Notes: generated from the letters alone by a model not told the origin. A stretch of 63,839 bases of DNA, filler included, from Octopus bimaculoides (GCF_001194135.2; 12 parts of 11 records of this genome joined end to end with filler, not necessarily neighbours in it), one strand, 5' to 3'; shown: positions 37,093 to 50,314, numbered from the whole stretch's first letter. A program made the numbers and translations.

Positions 37093-38324
37093 TGAAACAA
37101 ATTGAGCAAATTATGTGTATATGAAAACACCGTCTGGCGTAGCGTAAGATATTAAACCGAAGTTGACGATTCCCTGTTGTAGATCTTTCACAAATAGCTT
37201 GGGGGACTGAATTACCGTAAATTTAAGGACTAATATATGATCCTTGCTTTCAATCCAACATAACAATATTAGATTTATTGCGTTTGTACTGAGTAACTAA
37301 ATTATTTCGTGTTTTTTTTTGGCTTTTTCTGTGCAACGTTAAAATTGGAATAAACTCAATATGTATGGCACAATTGGTTTACTGTTGTGTAGGTTTTTTT
37401 TCTCAGTTCTGTTTCTGGTTTGTTTGTTATTTTTGGTTTTATATTCTTTTTTTTTTTTTTTTTGCTTTCTTAACTTCATTCTTTGAATTTCTTCGGAACA
37501 GAAGGGACTGGTGTATACGAAAGAAGAAATTTCCCTTCACAGAAACTTTTTGGCAACCATTACAATGTAGATTTGTTATTCTGAACGTTAGAGAAGGCAT
37601 TCATAGCGTTAATGTCCACTTTACGGAATAAATTTACATCGCTTGTATTAAGTGGCCCTTTCTTTCATTGCTTGAGAAACTCAGCTTTTCATGAATGCTG
37701 CCTGAAAGTTTGCTAACGTAACTAAATGCACCATTAAGTATAGGTACGACATTGAAAGTCTAATCACGTAATAGCGAATGTATTTGGAATGTCAATGAGC
37801 TGTTCACATTTGCTGGTAAAACTTAATCTCTGTGAATGTATGCGTGTTTCTCCTCTCTTCCTTTTTTTAGCTTTCGCCAATAAAATAGCAACTGCTCGCT
37901 AAATAAGGAAGCAAGGTCTTCCATCTTGGAATGTAGAGAAGTAACAAATATGACAAATCATGTGCCAAACGTTAGAAAAGTCCTGTGTGGACGTATTCTT
38001 CTTATAGTTTAAATTCATAGAAAACACTTTGAGTTATTGTTTTGAATTGTTTTATTTTTGTTGTTACTTTTTAATTTTGATTCTTTTTGTTTTGTTTTTG
38101 CTTTGTTTGTTGCGTTCACAGATATAAGGTTTTCAGAAGTTTTTCTTCTCAAAGGTTTGGTCCCGTTCAAGAGAATCTTGTGATCTTGATCGCATCTACG
38201 CCATGGAAACCGAGTGACCGGCCATACGAATCCTCGAATTCTAGAAAAATAAATAAAAACAATAAACATACAAACCATTGTAATTCTTCAGGTCTTTATT
38301 GAGTTCATTATTTTGTCGAAGTTC

Positions 38325-38389
38325 GGGGACGAGCTGGCAGAACCGTTAGCACGCTGGACGAAATGCTTAGCGGTATTTCGCCCGTCGCT
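38325..38389 (+). mobile_element. SINE family B head running into a gap
   Basis: GACGAGCTGGCAGAACCGTTAGCACGCTGGACGAAATGCTTAGCGGTATTTCG. Confidence 0.85.
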
Positions 38390-38794
38390 NNNNNNNNNNN
38401 NNNNNNNNNNNNNNNNNNNNNNNNNNNNNNNNNNNNNNNNNNNNNNNNNNNNNNNNNNNNNNNNNNNNNNNNNNNNNNNNNNNNNNNNNNNNNNNNNNNN
38501 NNNNNNNNNNNNNNNNNNNNNNNNNNNNNNNNNNNNNNNNNNNNNNNNNNNNNNNNNNNNNNNNNNNNNNNNNNNNNNNNNNNNNNNNNNNNNNNNNNNN
38601 NNNNNNNNNNNNNNNNNNNNNNNNNNNNNNNNNNNNNNNNNNNNNNNNNNNNNNNNNNNNNNNNNNNNNNNNNNNNNNNNNNNNNNNNNNNNNNNNNNNN
38701 NNNNNNNNNNNNNNNNNNNNNNNNNNNNNNNNNNNNNNNNNNNNNNNNNNNNNNNNNNNNNNNNNNNNNNNNNNNNNNNNNNNNNNNNNNNNNN

Positions 38795-38837
<43 letters not shown>

Positions 38838-38839
38838 AT

Positions 38840-39000
38840 CATTATAAGCATTATATAAATACACCAACACTCACGCATATACATACATATATGTATATAT
38901 GAACATTATAAGCATTATACATAGATACACACACACACACACACATATACATACATATATGTATATATAAACATTATAACCATTATACATATACACACAC
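38840..39000. repeat. 64-68 bp minisatellite, three units
   Basis: CATTATAA(G/C)CATTATA at 38840, 38904 and 38972. Confidence 0.8.
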
Positions 39001-40344
39001 ACACACGCGCGCGCACACATATATATATATATATATATAAGCATATATATCTTTCTATATACCTATACTTGCATGTAAATATGTATGTATGAACGTATAT
39101 AAGTATATGTGTATGTATGTATGTATGTATGTATGAATGTATGTATGTATGTATGTATGTACGTACGTATGTGTGTGTATATATATGTATGTACGCAATT
39201 TAAAACAACAGATATACGCATAAACCAAAAACAGTCGCTATAAACCGAGCCAACGCTAGTCACCGAATTATCAGCGACATCTGTAAACAGCGATTTCACG
39301 GCTAATTAGTTGTTAGACATTTTGGAAAAATGGTGCACAGTTCACAACTTTGTTTAATGCGGTGTGTGTACACGGGTAGAGAGGGGTAGGCCTATTGTTG
39401 TTGTTGTTGTTGTCTTGTTGGTCCTATCGTTGTCTTCTTCTTGTTGTTGTTGTTGCTGTTTATTTTTGTGTTTGCTGTTGGTGGAGATATTTTATAATGT
39501 TAGTGATGAAATTTGTTCTCGTCATAGTAATGGCGGTTTATTGGTGGGTATCGTGGTAGTTGCGAAGTTGAGGCTAGTGATTTCTGCTGCGATTGATAGT
39601 TAGGATAGTAATGGTGGTGGTGGCGGTGGCGGCGGCGGCGGTGATGGTGGTGGTGGTGGTNNNNNNNNNNNNNNNNNNNNNNNNNNNNNNNNNNNNNNNN
39701 NNNNNNNNNNNNNNNNNNNNNNNNNNNNNNNNNNNNNNNNNNNNNNNNNNNNNNNNNNNNNNNNNNNNNNNNNNNNNNNNNNNNNNNNNNNNNNNNNNNN
39801 NNNNNNNNNNNNNNNNNNNNNNNNNNNNNNNNNNNNNNNNNNNNNNNNNNNNNNNNNNNNNNNNNNNNNNNNNNNNNNNNNNNNNNNNNNNNNNNNNNNN
39901 NNNNNNNNNNNNNNNNNNNNNNNNNNNNNNNNNNNNNNNNNNNNNNNNNNNNNNNNNNNNNNNNNNNNNNNNNNNNNNNNNNNNNNNNNNNNNNNNNNNN
40001 NNNNNNNNNNNNNNNNNNNNNNNNNNNNNNNNNNNNNNNNNNNNNNNNNNNNNNNNNNNNNNNNNNNNNNNNNNNNNNNNNNNNNNNNNNNNNNNNNNNN
40101 NNNNNNNNNNNNNNNNNNNNNNNNNNNNNNNNNNNNNNNNNNNNNNNNNNNNNNNNNNNNNNNNNNNNNNNNNNNNNNNNNNNNNNNNNNNNNNNNNNNN
40201 NNNNNNNNNNNNNNNNNNNNNNNNNNNNNNNNNNNNNNNNNNNNNNNNNNNNNNNNNNNNNNNNNNNNNNNNNNNNNNNNNNNNNNNNNNNNNNNNNNNN
40301 NNNNNNNNNNNNNNNNNNNNNNNTATATATATATATATATATAT

Positions 40345-40505
40345 GAGAGGCTTCTCTCAGTGTCCGTCTGCCAAATCGACTCATACCCAATGTCTTTGTC
40401 AACCCATGGCTATAGTAGATGACACTTGCTGAAGGTGACTGAAGGTGCCACGCAGCGGGACTGAACGCGCAACCATATGCTTTGTAAGTAAGCTTCTTTC
40501 CACCC
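40345..40505 (-). mobile_element. SINE family A 5' half
   Basis: Diverged but colinear; contains a 10-bp tandem duplication TGAAGGTGAC TGAAGGTGCC. Confidence 0.75.
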
Positions 40506-42048
40506 ATTCTACGACCGCAACCAGTGATGGTTGCAGTGTTTATTACTAAACTTTGGCGTTGTGTGTCCAAAGTGGTGAGGTTGGCATCACATTTGTTCAC
40601 CTTGTTTTCTCAAGTAGTGTTTTTAAGATAGTGTAAGGTGTTCGGCAGGATGTTGCCGGGCAGGCGGGCAGGTAGTTACTGAAAGGAAAAGGTGTTGGTT
40701 TGATGAGATGACGTCTTATAACCGATGGGAATGTGACGGCGTTTAATCGCGTTGTTGCTGCTTCTTGTTGTTATTGTTGTTGCTGTTGTTGTTGTTGTGG
40801 CTTGTTATTGCTGCTGTCCTTTTGATCATTGCTTTCAATCGGTTGCCGTTGCTAAGACACGGTAGCATAGCGAATGAAAACGTTTAATTGACAAAGGTGA
40901 TTTTCAAAGGAGTATACACACAATCACAATTTTGGCATACGTACTGATAATGTATACATAGTAGAGCACGTATACCTATATATATATATAGGTGTGTGCA
41001 TATATATATAGGTGTGTGTATATATGTATAGGTATATATATATATATATATANNNNNNNNNNNNNNNNNNNNNNNNNNNNNNNNNNNNNNNNNNNNNNNN
41101 NNNNNNNNNNNNNNNNNNNNNNNNNNNNNNNNNNNNNNNNNNNNNNNNNNNNNNNNNNNNNNNNNNNNNNNNNNNNNNNNNNNNNNNNNNNNNNNNNNNN
41201 NNNNNNNNNNNNNNNNNNNNNNNNNNNNNNNNNNNNNNNNNNNNNNNNNNNNNNNNNNNNNNNNNNNNNNNNNNNNNNNNNNNNNNNNNNNNNNNNNNNN
41301 NNNNNNNNNNNNNNNNNNNNNNNNNNNNNNNNNNNNNNNNNNNNNNNNNNNNNNNNNNNNNNNNNNNNNNNNNNNNNNNNNNNNNNNNNNNNNNNNNNNN
41401 NNNNNNNNNNNNNNNNNNNNNNNNNNNNNNNNNNNNNNNNNNNNNNNNNNNNNNNNNNNNNNNNNNNNNNNNNNNNNNNNNNNNNNNNNNNNNNNNNNNN
41501 NNNNNNNNNNNNNNNNNNNNNNNNNNNNNNNNNNNNNNNNNNNNNNNNNNNNNNNNNNNNNNNNNNNNNNNNNNNNNNNNNNNNNNNNNNNNNNNNNNNN
41601 NNNNNNNNNNNNNNNNNNNNNNNNNNNNNNNNNNNNNNNNNNNNNNNNNNNNNNNNNNNNNNNNNNNNNNNNNNNNNNNNNNNNNNNNNNNNNNNNNNNN
41701 NNNNNNNNNNNNNNNNNNNNNNNNNNNNNNNNNNNNNNNNNNNNNNNNNNNNNNNNNNNNNNNNNNNNNNNNNNNNNNNNNNNNNNNNNNNNNNNNNNNN
41801 NNNNNNNNNNNNNNNNNNNNNNNNNNNNNNNNNNNNNNNNNNNNNNNNNNNNNNNNNNNNNNNNNNNNNNNNNNNNNNNNNNNNNNNNNNNNNNNNNNNN
41901 NNNNNNNNNNNNNNNNNNNNNNNNNNNNNNNNNNNNNNNNNNNNNNNNNNNNNNNNNNNNNNNNNNNNNNNNNNNNNNNNNNNNNNNNNNNNNNNNNNNN
42001 NNNNNNNNNNNNNNNNNNNNNNNNNNNNNNNNNNNNNNNNNNNNNNNN

Positions 42049-42275
42049 TGTGTATATATATGTTTATCCCTCCCCCCCCAACATCGCTTGATAACCGATG
42101 CTTTTTACGTGTGTTTACGTCCCCCGTAAATTAGCGGTTCGACAAAAGGGTCCGATAGAATAAGTACTAGGCTTACGAAGAATAAGTCCTGGCGTCGATT
42201 TGCTCGACTAAAAGGCGGTGCTGCAGCATGGCCGCAATCAAATGACTGAAACAAATAAAAGAATAAAAGAATACG
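42049..42275 (+). mobile_element. SINE family A 3' half
   Basis: CCCCCAACATCGCTTGATAACCGATGC..GACTGAAACAAATAAAAGAATAAAAGAATA. Confidence 0.9.
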
Positions 42276-42559
42276 TTTTTAACAGTATTTTGTATTCCCC
42301 TCCTGGGTTTAATTGGCCAGTCTTGTTATTGATGGTGCTTTTGTTGTTGTTGTTGTTGTTACTGCTGTTGTCTGTGTCGTCGTCGTCATCGTCGTCGTTG
42401 TTTCTTCATTTCTTCAAAACTGTCCGTTACCTGAGAATAGCTTCTCTGCAGACAGAAGAAAACATAGTTGGTTTTTTTTTGTGTTTTTTTTGGACATTTT
42501 TTTTTTGTATCTATTTGTATAAATTTTGTTTTATCCTTTCCTAGATGCTTTGGTTGTCG

Positions 42560-43050
42560 TATATTTCATAACAGTTTTCTAATTTAGTAACACCATTAAA
42601 CTCCCAAGATCGTGGTAAATATTGTCATTCACTCTCTGGTTTCTCTGTGATCTATGTCAAATGCCATCATTATTAGCCTTGTTTTTCTTTATGTAGTCTT
42701 GCTAATTCACTTAACTTCCAGTTGAGAATACCATAACAGATTCCTCAGTCAGCTAATAAACTGTTAGTTATTACCTTATACCTGGCGTTAATCTCCCTTT
42801 CAAGTAATTATATCATGTGTCTAGAATATTCCTTCCAAACCTTATCGTTTCATCTGTCTAATGTACACTTTGCACGGTTCATTTGTTTATAAGTATTTGA
42901 AAAAGACTCTATGTGTCTGCTCTAATTCTCTTATCTCTATTCCTGTGTATGTGTCTGATTAGTGGTTCTGTTAGTGGTTCTTTTACTAAGTTTCTTGCTC
43001 TAAAAGATGTCGCAGCGAAATTTTCCAAACCGAATCTGTCGCGTAGAATA
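42560..43050 (-). mobile_element. Old R4/Dong-like RT/thumb remnant
   Basis: Broken frames give RFGLENFAATSF..FKYL and EYSRHMI*LLEREINARYKVITNSLL..ICYGILNWKLSELARL, similar to R4 FGL.KC..YKYLG and L.SELNARNK..YSFGILNW. Confidence 0.5.
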
Positions 43051-43190
43051 AAATATATTCATGTAAAATCATGTTTAACATGTATTCAGACGTGATAATA
43101 TCTTTCGCTGCGGAAAGAGACCCGAGAGAAAATTCTCAGACTTGTCTAAAATACAGTTTGTTTTGCTTTGTGCTAAAATGTCTGGTAGAT

Positions 43191-43405
43191 AAAGCGGCAC
43201 GTTGGCAGAATCGTTAGCACGTCGGACAAAATAAGTGGTGGCTTTTCGTCCATTTTCACGTTCTGAGTTCGAATTTCATCGAGATTGACTTTGCCTTTTA
43301 TCCTTTTGAGATCTATAAAACCAGTACCAGTTGAGCACTGGGTTGTTGTAATCGGCTTACCCTTCCCCTAAAAACGTTAGCCTTACATCAAAATGTGAAA
43401 CCCAT
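43191..43405 (+). mobile_element. SINE family B, diverged
   Basis: TTGGCAGAATCGTTAGCACG, GAGTTCGAATTTC, GTACCAGTTGAGCACTGGG. Confidence 0.85.
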
Positions 43406-43852
43406 CTTTCTTCCTACTCTTTGTTACCTGATCTTTTAGAGTTAGTGGGTATCCTTAATGTGTGATACAAACGGGAAAATTTGTGAGAAGACAAAATAAT
43501 AAAATAACGTAAACGCATTGTGTTAATTGACTATTTCACCTTTTGCCCCAAATTTAAATCTGATTTTCAAACTATCTACGATAGTGAAAATTATAAGAGT
43601 ATTCAGACCTCCAAAGGCCATTTACAATTTATTGAACAGCGAACTCGAGAGATGAGAAGTTATAACCCACATTTAAAAAATACTGCTGCGGGAGTTCGGC
43701 TTGTGTTTACTCGAGTAATTTTCTCATTATTAACGAATTAGTTGTAGAGGTGTTTTTTTTTTCCTTCGTACAACTATCACACATATTGAAAGCTCATACT
43801 AAATTTTTTAAAAAAAAGACAATAGCAGCTACACAAACACGTACGAATCAGG

Positions 43853-43904
<52 letters not shown>

Positions 43905-43957
43905 TCGCTTATATCTACATTCTTCATACATTTATGTACATACATATATGTATATGC

Positions 43958-44006
<49 letters not shown>

Positions 44007-44239
44007 TCCTTTTAGTTATTTCAGTCATTTGAACCTACAAGCTGCGATTTGTAGAGACTCACCGCTCAATGAATAATATTCCACTGTATCCAACACTTTT
44101 CGATAATTATTTCAATTAATTTGTTGATTCACACAAAATGTGGTTGCTCCCATGCTGAAGAAGATCAGAGTCTGTCGTTTTGAAGATAAAGATAGTTGTG
44201 GCAAGGATTCTGGACAGCTTCATTTCGGATGTCTACCAT

Positions 44240-44362
44240 GGTAAAGGAAAAGGTAAAGTTTCCTTGCCGAGTCATACCGACTCACAAGGGCCGGTTTCCC
44301 GATTTTCCGGTTTCCATATCGTATATATTCCCCCCGTTGGATGGGACGCCGGTCCATCGCAG
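44240..44362 (-). mobile_element. L2-type tail as in family D (similar piece at 51968-52088, minus)
   Basis: Sense CTGCGATGGACCGGCGTCCCATCCA..GGAAACCGG..GCCCTTGTGAGTCGGTATGACTCGGCAAGGAAACTTTACC. Confidence 0.65.
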
Positions 44363-44601
44363 ACCCGAGAGAGGGGAACTAATTCAGTCCTCGCTTACCC
44401 CAGGGATGTGAAGTATACAAGCCAAGGGGCAGAAATGATCGTGGCTCAGAAATACATGCTGGTGATACACAAGGATTTCCTACATGGAGGAGGAGGAGGA
44501 GNNNNNNNNNNNNNNNNNNNNNNNNNNNNNNNNNNNNNNNNNNNNTTAATTAATTAANNNNNNNNNNNNNNNNNNNNNNNNNNNNNNNNNNNNNNNNNNN
44601 N

Positions 44602-44636
<35 letters not shown>

Positions 44637-45090
44637 CTTTCTGAACAACAAATACATCAAGATTCTACTCAATATATGTATTGAAATTAACAATAATATA
44701 TAAACAATAAAATATGAATTATACTTGAAGTTTGTTGTCTTTGCTCTTTATTTGATGTGCTATTTTTACCACCAATCTTGGAATCTGCAAAGGTTAAAAG
44801 CACTGTTCCAGTCATTGGTTAAGCCATGCAATAAATACATCGCATAACTTTTGCAATAAGCAATGTTATTTACATCTGTTTGTATTTTCCACCCTGATAT
44901 GTATTGGTGAATGTATGGCTGTGTGGCTTAGAAGTTTATTTTGGGGTTCAATCTCTGTGTGTGACAACTGAGAGGGTTGTATACTCTTGGTTTTCCATCA
45001 GTAATTTGCTGAACCATGAAGAACGGGAGGTCAACTGAAGACATAATTCAACAAGTTACAGCTACACACACACACACACGCACACACACT

Positions 45091-45158
<68 letters not shown>

Positions 45159-45278
45159 CATGATGTACTGTAGTCACCATCAGTTTAGGAGAATTGTTAG
45201 ACAAATTTTTTACATTTGTGTAATTTTTATGGGTCTTGAAGCAAATGACAAAAGTAAGCTGGTGTTATTTAGTCCTCG

Positions 45279-45632
45279 AAGGAGGTGATCTGGCAGAAAA
45301 ACTTGCATGTTGGGCAAAATGCTTAGCTGCATTTTGTCTGTTTTCACGTTCTGAGTTCAAATTCCGAGGTTGATTTTACCTTTCAGCCATTTGGGGGTAA
45401 TAAAATAAGTACCAGTTGAGCACTGGGGTCAATATAATTGACATTTCCCTCCCTCAAACTTGCTGGCCTTGTGCAAAAATGTGATACCCTTATTTAGTCT
45501 TTCAAAGGCAGTGAGCTGGCACAATCATTAGCATACTGGACAAGATGCTTAGAGGCATATCATCTATCTTTATGTTCAACTTTGCCTTTCATCCTTTTGG
45601 TGTTAATGGAATAAGTATTAGTCAAGTACTGG
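45279..45632 (+). mobile_element. Two tandem SINE family B copies (45279-45490, 45504-45632); a partial minus copy lies at 46215-46285
   Basis: Heads GGAGGTGATCTGGCAG and GGCAGTGAGCTGGCAC; CpG-poor. Confidence 0.8.
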
Positions 45633-45639
45633 GATCATA

Positions 45640-45993
45640 TCATCATCATCATCATCATCATCATCATCGTTTAACGTCCGCTTTCCATGCTAGCATAGGT
45701 TGGACGATTTGACTGAGGACTGGTGAAACCGGATGGCAACACCAGCCTCCGATCTGATTTGGCAGAGTTTCTACAGCTGGATGCCCTTCCTAACGCCAAC
45801 CACTCAGAGAGTGTAGTGGGTGCTTTTACGTGTCACCCGCACGAAGGCCAGTCAGGCGGTACTGGCAACAGCCACGCTCAAAATGGTGTATTTTACGTGC
45901 CGCCTGCACAAGAGCCAGTCCAGGGGCACTGGCAACGATCTCGCTTGAAAATCCTACGAAGGCCAGTCAGGCTGTACTGGCAACGGCCACGCT
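45640..45993 (-). mobile_element. Family C retroelement with (GAT)n tail and internal tandem units
   Basis: Sense ..GTGGTTGGCGTTAGGAAGGGCATCCAGCTGTAGAAACTCTGCC..GTCCAACCTATGCTAGCATGGAAAGCGGACGTTAAACGATGATG. Confidence 0.9.
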
Positions 45994-46467
45994 TAATCCC
46001 CACACCCCAAATTTCTAGCTTTGTGCCTTTAGAAAGGATTATTTAGTTCACCATGAAATATTCTGACTGTTGTTGAAATATCTTATTGTTCAATGGGCTG
46101 TAATTTTCACATAAAACGCAGGATGTGATATATTAAGAACCAGAAAGGCAAACATTATGATTAATGCAATGGATGGTTTTTCTATTGGGAAAAATATATT
46201 TACTGGTCATTAACTGAGCCCCAGTGCTCAACTGGTACTTATTTTATTATCCCCAAATGGCTGAAAGGCAAAATCAACCTTGGAATCATGTGCTGTTTAT
46301 CTTGATATGAGATCACCATGTCACACGCATATGGTTGTGATGCATGTGCCTGGTGTACCCTTATCAGACGTGTAGTCACGTGTATACCGAGATTTGTATA
46401 TTTGTTCCCCAGTGTCACTTTGATGGCATGCACTGCTCTCTGAATAATAATAATAATAATAAAATAA

Positions 46468-46697
46468 TGAGTGTGGCTGTTGCCAGTACTGCCTGACTGG
46501 CCCTCATGCCGGTGGCACGTGAAAATGCCCACTACTCTCTCAGAGTGGTTGGCGTTAGGAAGGGCATCCAGCTGTAGAAACTCTGCCGAATCAGATTGGA
46601 GCCTGGTGCAGCCATCCGGTTCACCAATCCTCAGTCAATTCGTCCAACCCATGCTAGCATGGAAAGCAGACGTTAAACGTTGATGATGATGATGACC
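46468..46697 (+). mobile_element. Family C retroelement
   Basis: Same sequence in the opposite orientation, (GAT)n tail; preceded at 46310-46463 by another SINE-like tail ending in (AAT)n. Confidence 0.9.
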
Positions 46698-47941
46698 CAT
46701 ACATACATACATATACATACACACATACATTTATATATATGCATGTATATACTTGTAACACAATTAGGTATTAGTAGTTGTAGTACAATATTCTTATTAG
46801 AGCATGCATAAAAAGAGAAAGAGAAAGTAAAAAAGAAATGGCAATATAATCGAAGAAAATAATGGAGTTTCGGAGGGTTATAGTTTTTTAGAACTGAAAA
46901 TGCACATAAAAGGAGAAATGCATGTATATACATGCATACAAATATAGATACATACATATATACATATTCATATGTATACGCATATACATGCACACACATG
47001 CGTTAGGTAAGGTGTATTTCTGCAATGGTTCCTATTGTCCTTGCATATAAATAAATTAATGAACGAATGAACAAATGTACACACATAGATGTACCTATAC
47101 ATATTCACAAATATATGATGTGTTTATAGTTGAAGGCCTAAAATCATGGTCCCCATTATGGGGCAAAAGTTTATATCAATAGTTATAATAGCAGTTGGTG
47201 CTAAATTAGTAAATGCTTTAAATCTCCGGTCAGTTAACAAGATACTGTATTATCTTCTGTTATTTTTTCCGTTATTTATAGGTAATGGGGAGGGGGTTGT
47301 GGTCATTCACGTAATCTAATTGGTTAGCTAATTTATTTGAAAGGCAATGACACTGCTATGATTAGCTAGTGGTTAACAGATAATACAAACAAACTATATA
47401 AAAAAAATTATATGCATGAAAATATATGAACAAATAATTCATACTTGTACGGGTATATATGCTCATACTTGTACGGGTATATATGACAAAATGGATAAGA
47501 TTCAATAGATTCGTTATAAATATCTTCACACATATAATGAAAAATGAGTATACACATATTCGTATATGAATATATAAAGTTCAGGATGTGGATTCAAACT
47601 GGGTTGACTATGTATATATTGGAGTTAATGCGTTAAAATAGGTATAGAAATACATATCTGATTAGTACTCTAATTAGGGTATTTGTGGATCTTTGGATAT
47701 ACTTCTGTTGTCATATAAATGAACATGAACATATACATACAATTATGTGTGTGTATGCATATGCGAGGAGTTTTTTTTTTTTCTATATAGGTATAGACAA
47801 GTATGCTTGTCCATATAATATCAAATATCATTCACACGTAAATTATGGTGTTAATATACATCTGATTGGACTTAATACTGTAACACTTGTAGATCTATAG
47901 ATATGCTTTAGATTAATACCTTTTCTTTTATTTATATATAT

Positions 47942-48261
47942 ATCATCATCATCATCATCGTCATTTAACATCTGCTTTCCATGCTAGCATGGGTTGGACA
48001 ATTTGACTGAGGACTGGTGAAACCAGATGGCTACACCAGGCTCCAATCTGATTTGGCAGAGTTTCTACAGCTGGATGCCCTTCCTAACACTAACCACTCC
48101 GAGAGTGTAGTGGGTGCTTTTACATGTCACCCGCACGAAGGCCAGTCAGGCAGTACTGGCAACGGCCACGCTCAAAATGGTGCATTTTATGTGCCACCCA
48201 CACAAGAGCCAGTCCAGGGGCACTGGCAACGATCTCGCTCGAAAGTCCTTACACATGCCAC
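47942..48261 (-). mobile_element. Family C retroelement, CpG-decayed
   Basis: Colinear with 45640-45950. Confidence 0.9.
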
Positions 48262-48773
48262 NNNNNNNNNNNNNNNNNNNNNNNNNNNNNNNNNNNNNNN
48301 NNNNNNNNNNNNNNNNNNNNNNNNNNNNNNNNNNNNNNNNNNNNNNNNNNNNNNNNNNNNNNNNNNNNNNNNNNNNNNNNNNNNNNNNNNNNNNNNNNNN
48401 NNNNNNNNNNNNNNNNNNNNNNNNNNNNNNNNNNNNNNNNNNNNNNNNNNNNNNNNNNNNNNNNNNNNNNNNNNNNNNNNNNNNNNNNNNNNNNNNNNNN
48501 NNNNNNNNNNNNNNNNNNNNNNNNNNNNNNNNNNNNNNNNNNNNNNNNNNNNNNNNNNNNNNNNNNNNNNNNNNNNNNNNNNNNNNNNNNNNNNNNNNNN
48601 NNNNNNNNNNNNNNNNNNNNNNNNNNNNNNNNNNNNNNNNNNNNNNNNNNNNNNNNNNNNNNNNNNNNNNNNNNNNNNNNNNNNNNNNNNNNNNNNNNNN
48701 NNNNNNNNNNNNNNNNNNNNNNNNNNNNNNNNNNNNNNNNNNNNNNNNNNNNNNNNNNNNNNNNNNNNNNNNN

Positions 48774-48817
<44 letters not shown>

Positions 48818-49289
48818 AATGAAAGCATTAATACACAACCCCTATACACAACCAATTGATTAATTTATTATTAAATTAATTAATTGATTGATAAATTGAT
48901 CAGTTCATTAGCTAATTAGCTGATTAGTTTGCTATCTGATAGTTTTAAATATATTACTAATTTCGTAAAGGTGTATAAAGAGTTATCCCCCTTCAACTAT
49001 TAAAATAAGATAATATTAGGAAGAAAAAAAAGTGGCTACGATAAAAATAAAAAATAAAAATGATAAAATACAAACATTCTATTATTAGCTGGTACTCACA
49101 CTTAAATAAAACACTAAAATTAAAATTAAATAACTAAATAAATAGATGGTCTATAAATAAATGATTAGATGATTAATTGAACTAGACGAATACACGTTTT
49201 CACATTTTTTAATGATATACGGTTTCATAAATTTGTAATACCTTATTTCTCGTATCTTTTCTCTATTTTGTCTCTATTTTATTATTTTA

Positions 49290-49302
49290 TTTCTATGTAC
49301 CC

Positions 49303-49346
<44 letters not shown>

Positions 49347-49995
49347 ACACACACACACATAATACACACACGTACACACACGCACACATAATACACACGC
49401 GTACACACACGCATACACACACGCACACGTACACGCACGCACACACACTTGAACGCACATACACCTCCCACACACATTCACCATACACACACACACATAC
49501 ATGCACACGCATACACACAGGTACATACACACACGCACATACACGTACGCGCACACACACAGAGGTACGTACATATACCTCTACACACACAACCCTGTGC
49601 ACACATACACATACACACACATATACACGGGCACACACACAACGCACACATACACACACACATACATACACATACGTACGAACACTTTTACACTCATACA
49701 TACACTTCCACACTCACTCACACACACACACACACATCCCCACACGCACACATAAACACACACTCATGCACATACAGAGAGAGAGATAGTGAGGGAGAGA
49801 GACAGAATGACACAGGGAGTGGGACACACACACACGCACCCATACACATGGTCCACACATACATATACACATTCCCACTCCGTCTACATACACATACAGA
49901 TCCACGCACTCATTACAGCTACACACGCACACGCTCTCTTACACACTCAAGATATTTCACACACACATACAACTACCACCACACGCACATACACT
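49290..49995. repeat. Long imperfect (CA)n/(CATA)n tract
   Basis: Read directly. Confidence 0.9.
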
Positions 49996-50001
49996 CAGTT
50001 A

Positions 50002-50234
50002 CTTATTTCTTTATTGCCCACAAGGGGCTAAACATAGAGGGGACACATAAGAACAGACAAAGCGATTAAGTCGATTACATCGACCCCAGTGCGTAACTGG
50101 TACTTAATGTATCGACCCCGAAAGGATGATAGGCAAAGTCGACCTCGGCGGAATTTGAACTCAGAACGTAACGGCAGACGAAATACCGCTAAGCATTTCG
50201 CCCGGCGTGCTAACGTTTCTGCCAGCTCGCCGCC
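50002..50234 (-). mobile_element. SINE family B, full length and young-looking
   Basis: GGCGGCGAGCTGGCAGAAACGTTAGC (A box)..GAGTTCAAATTCC (B box)..GCCCCTTGTGGGCAATAAAGAAATAAG; CpGs intact. Confidence 0.95.
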
Positions 50235-50283
50235 AAACACTCACTGTCACACACAGACGCTACCATGCACACACAGACGCTAC

Positions 50284-50314
<31 letters not shown>

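Noticed and set aside
45712-45730. CTGAGGA-CTGGT-GAAAC in family C (minus orientation) as a hammerhead
   Set aside because: Only 5 nt lie between the core halves, so stem II cannot form
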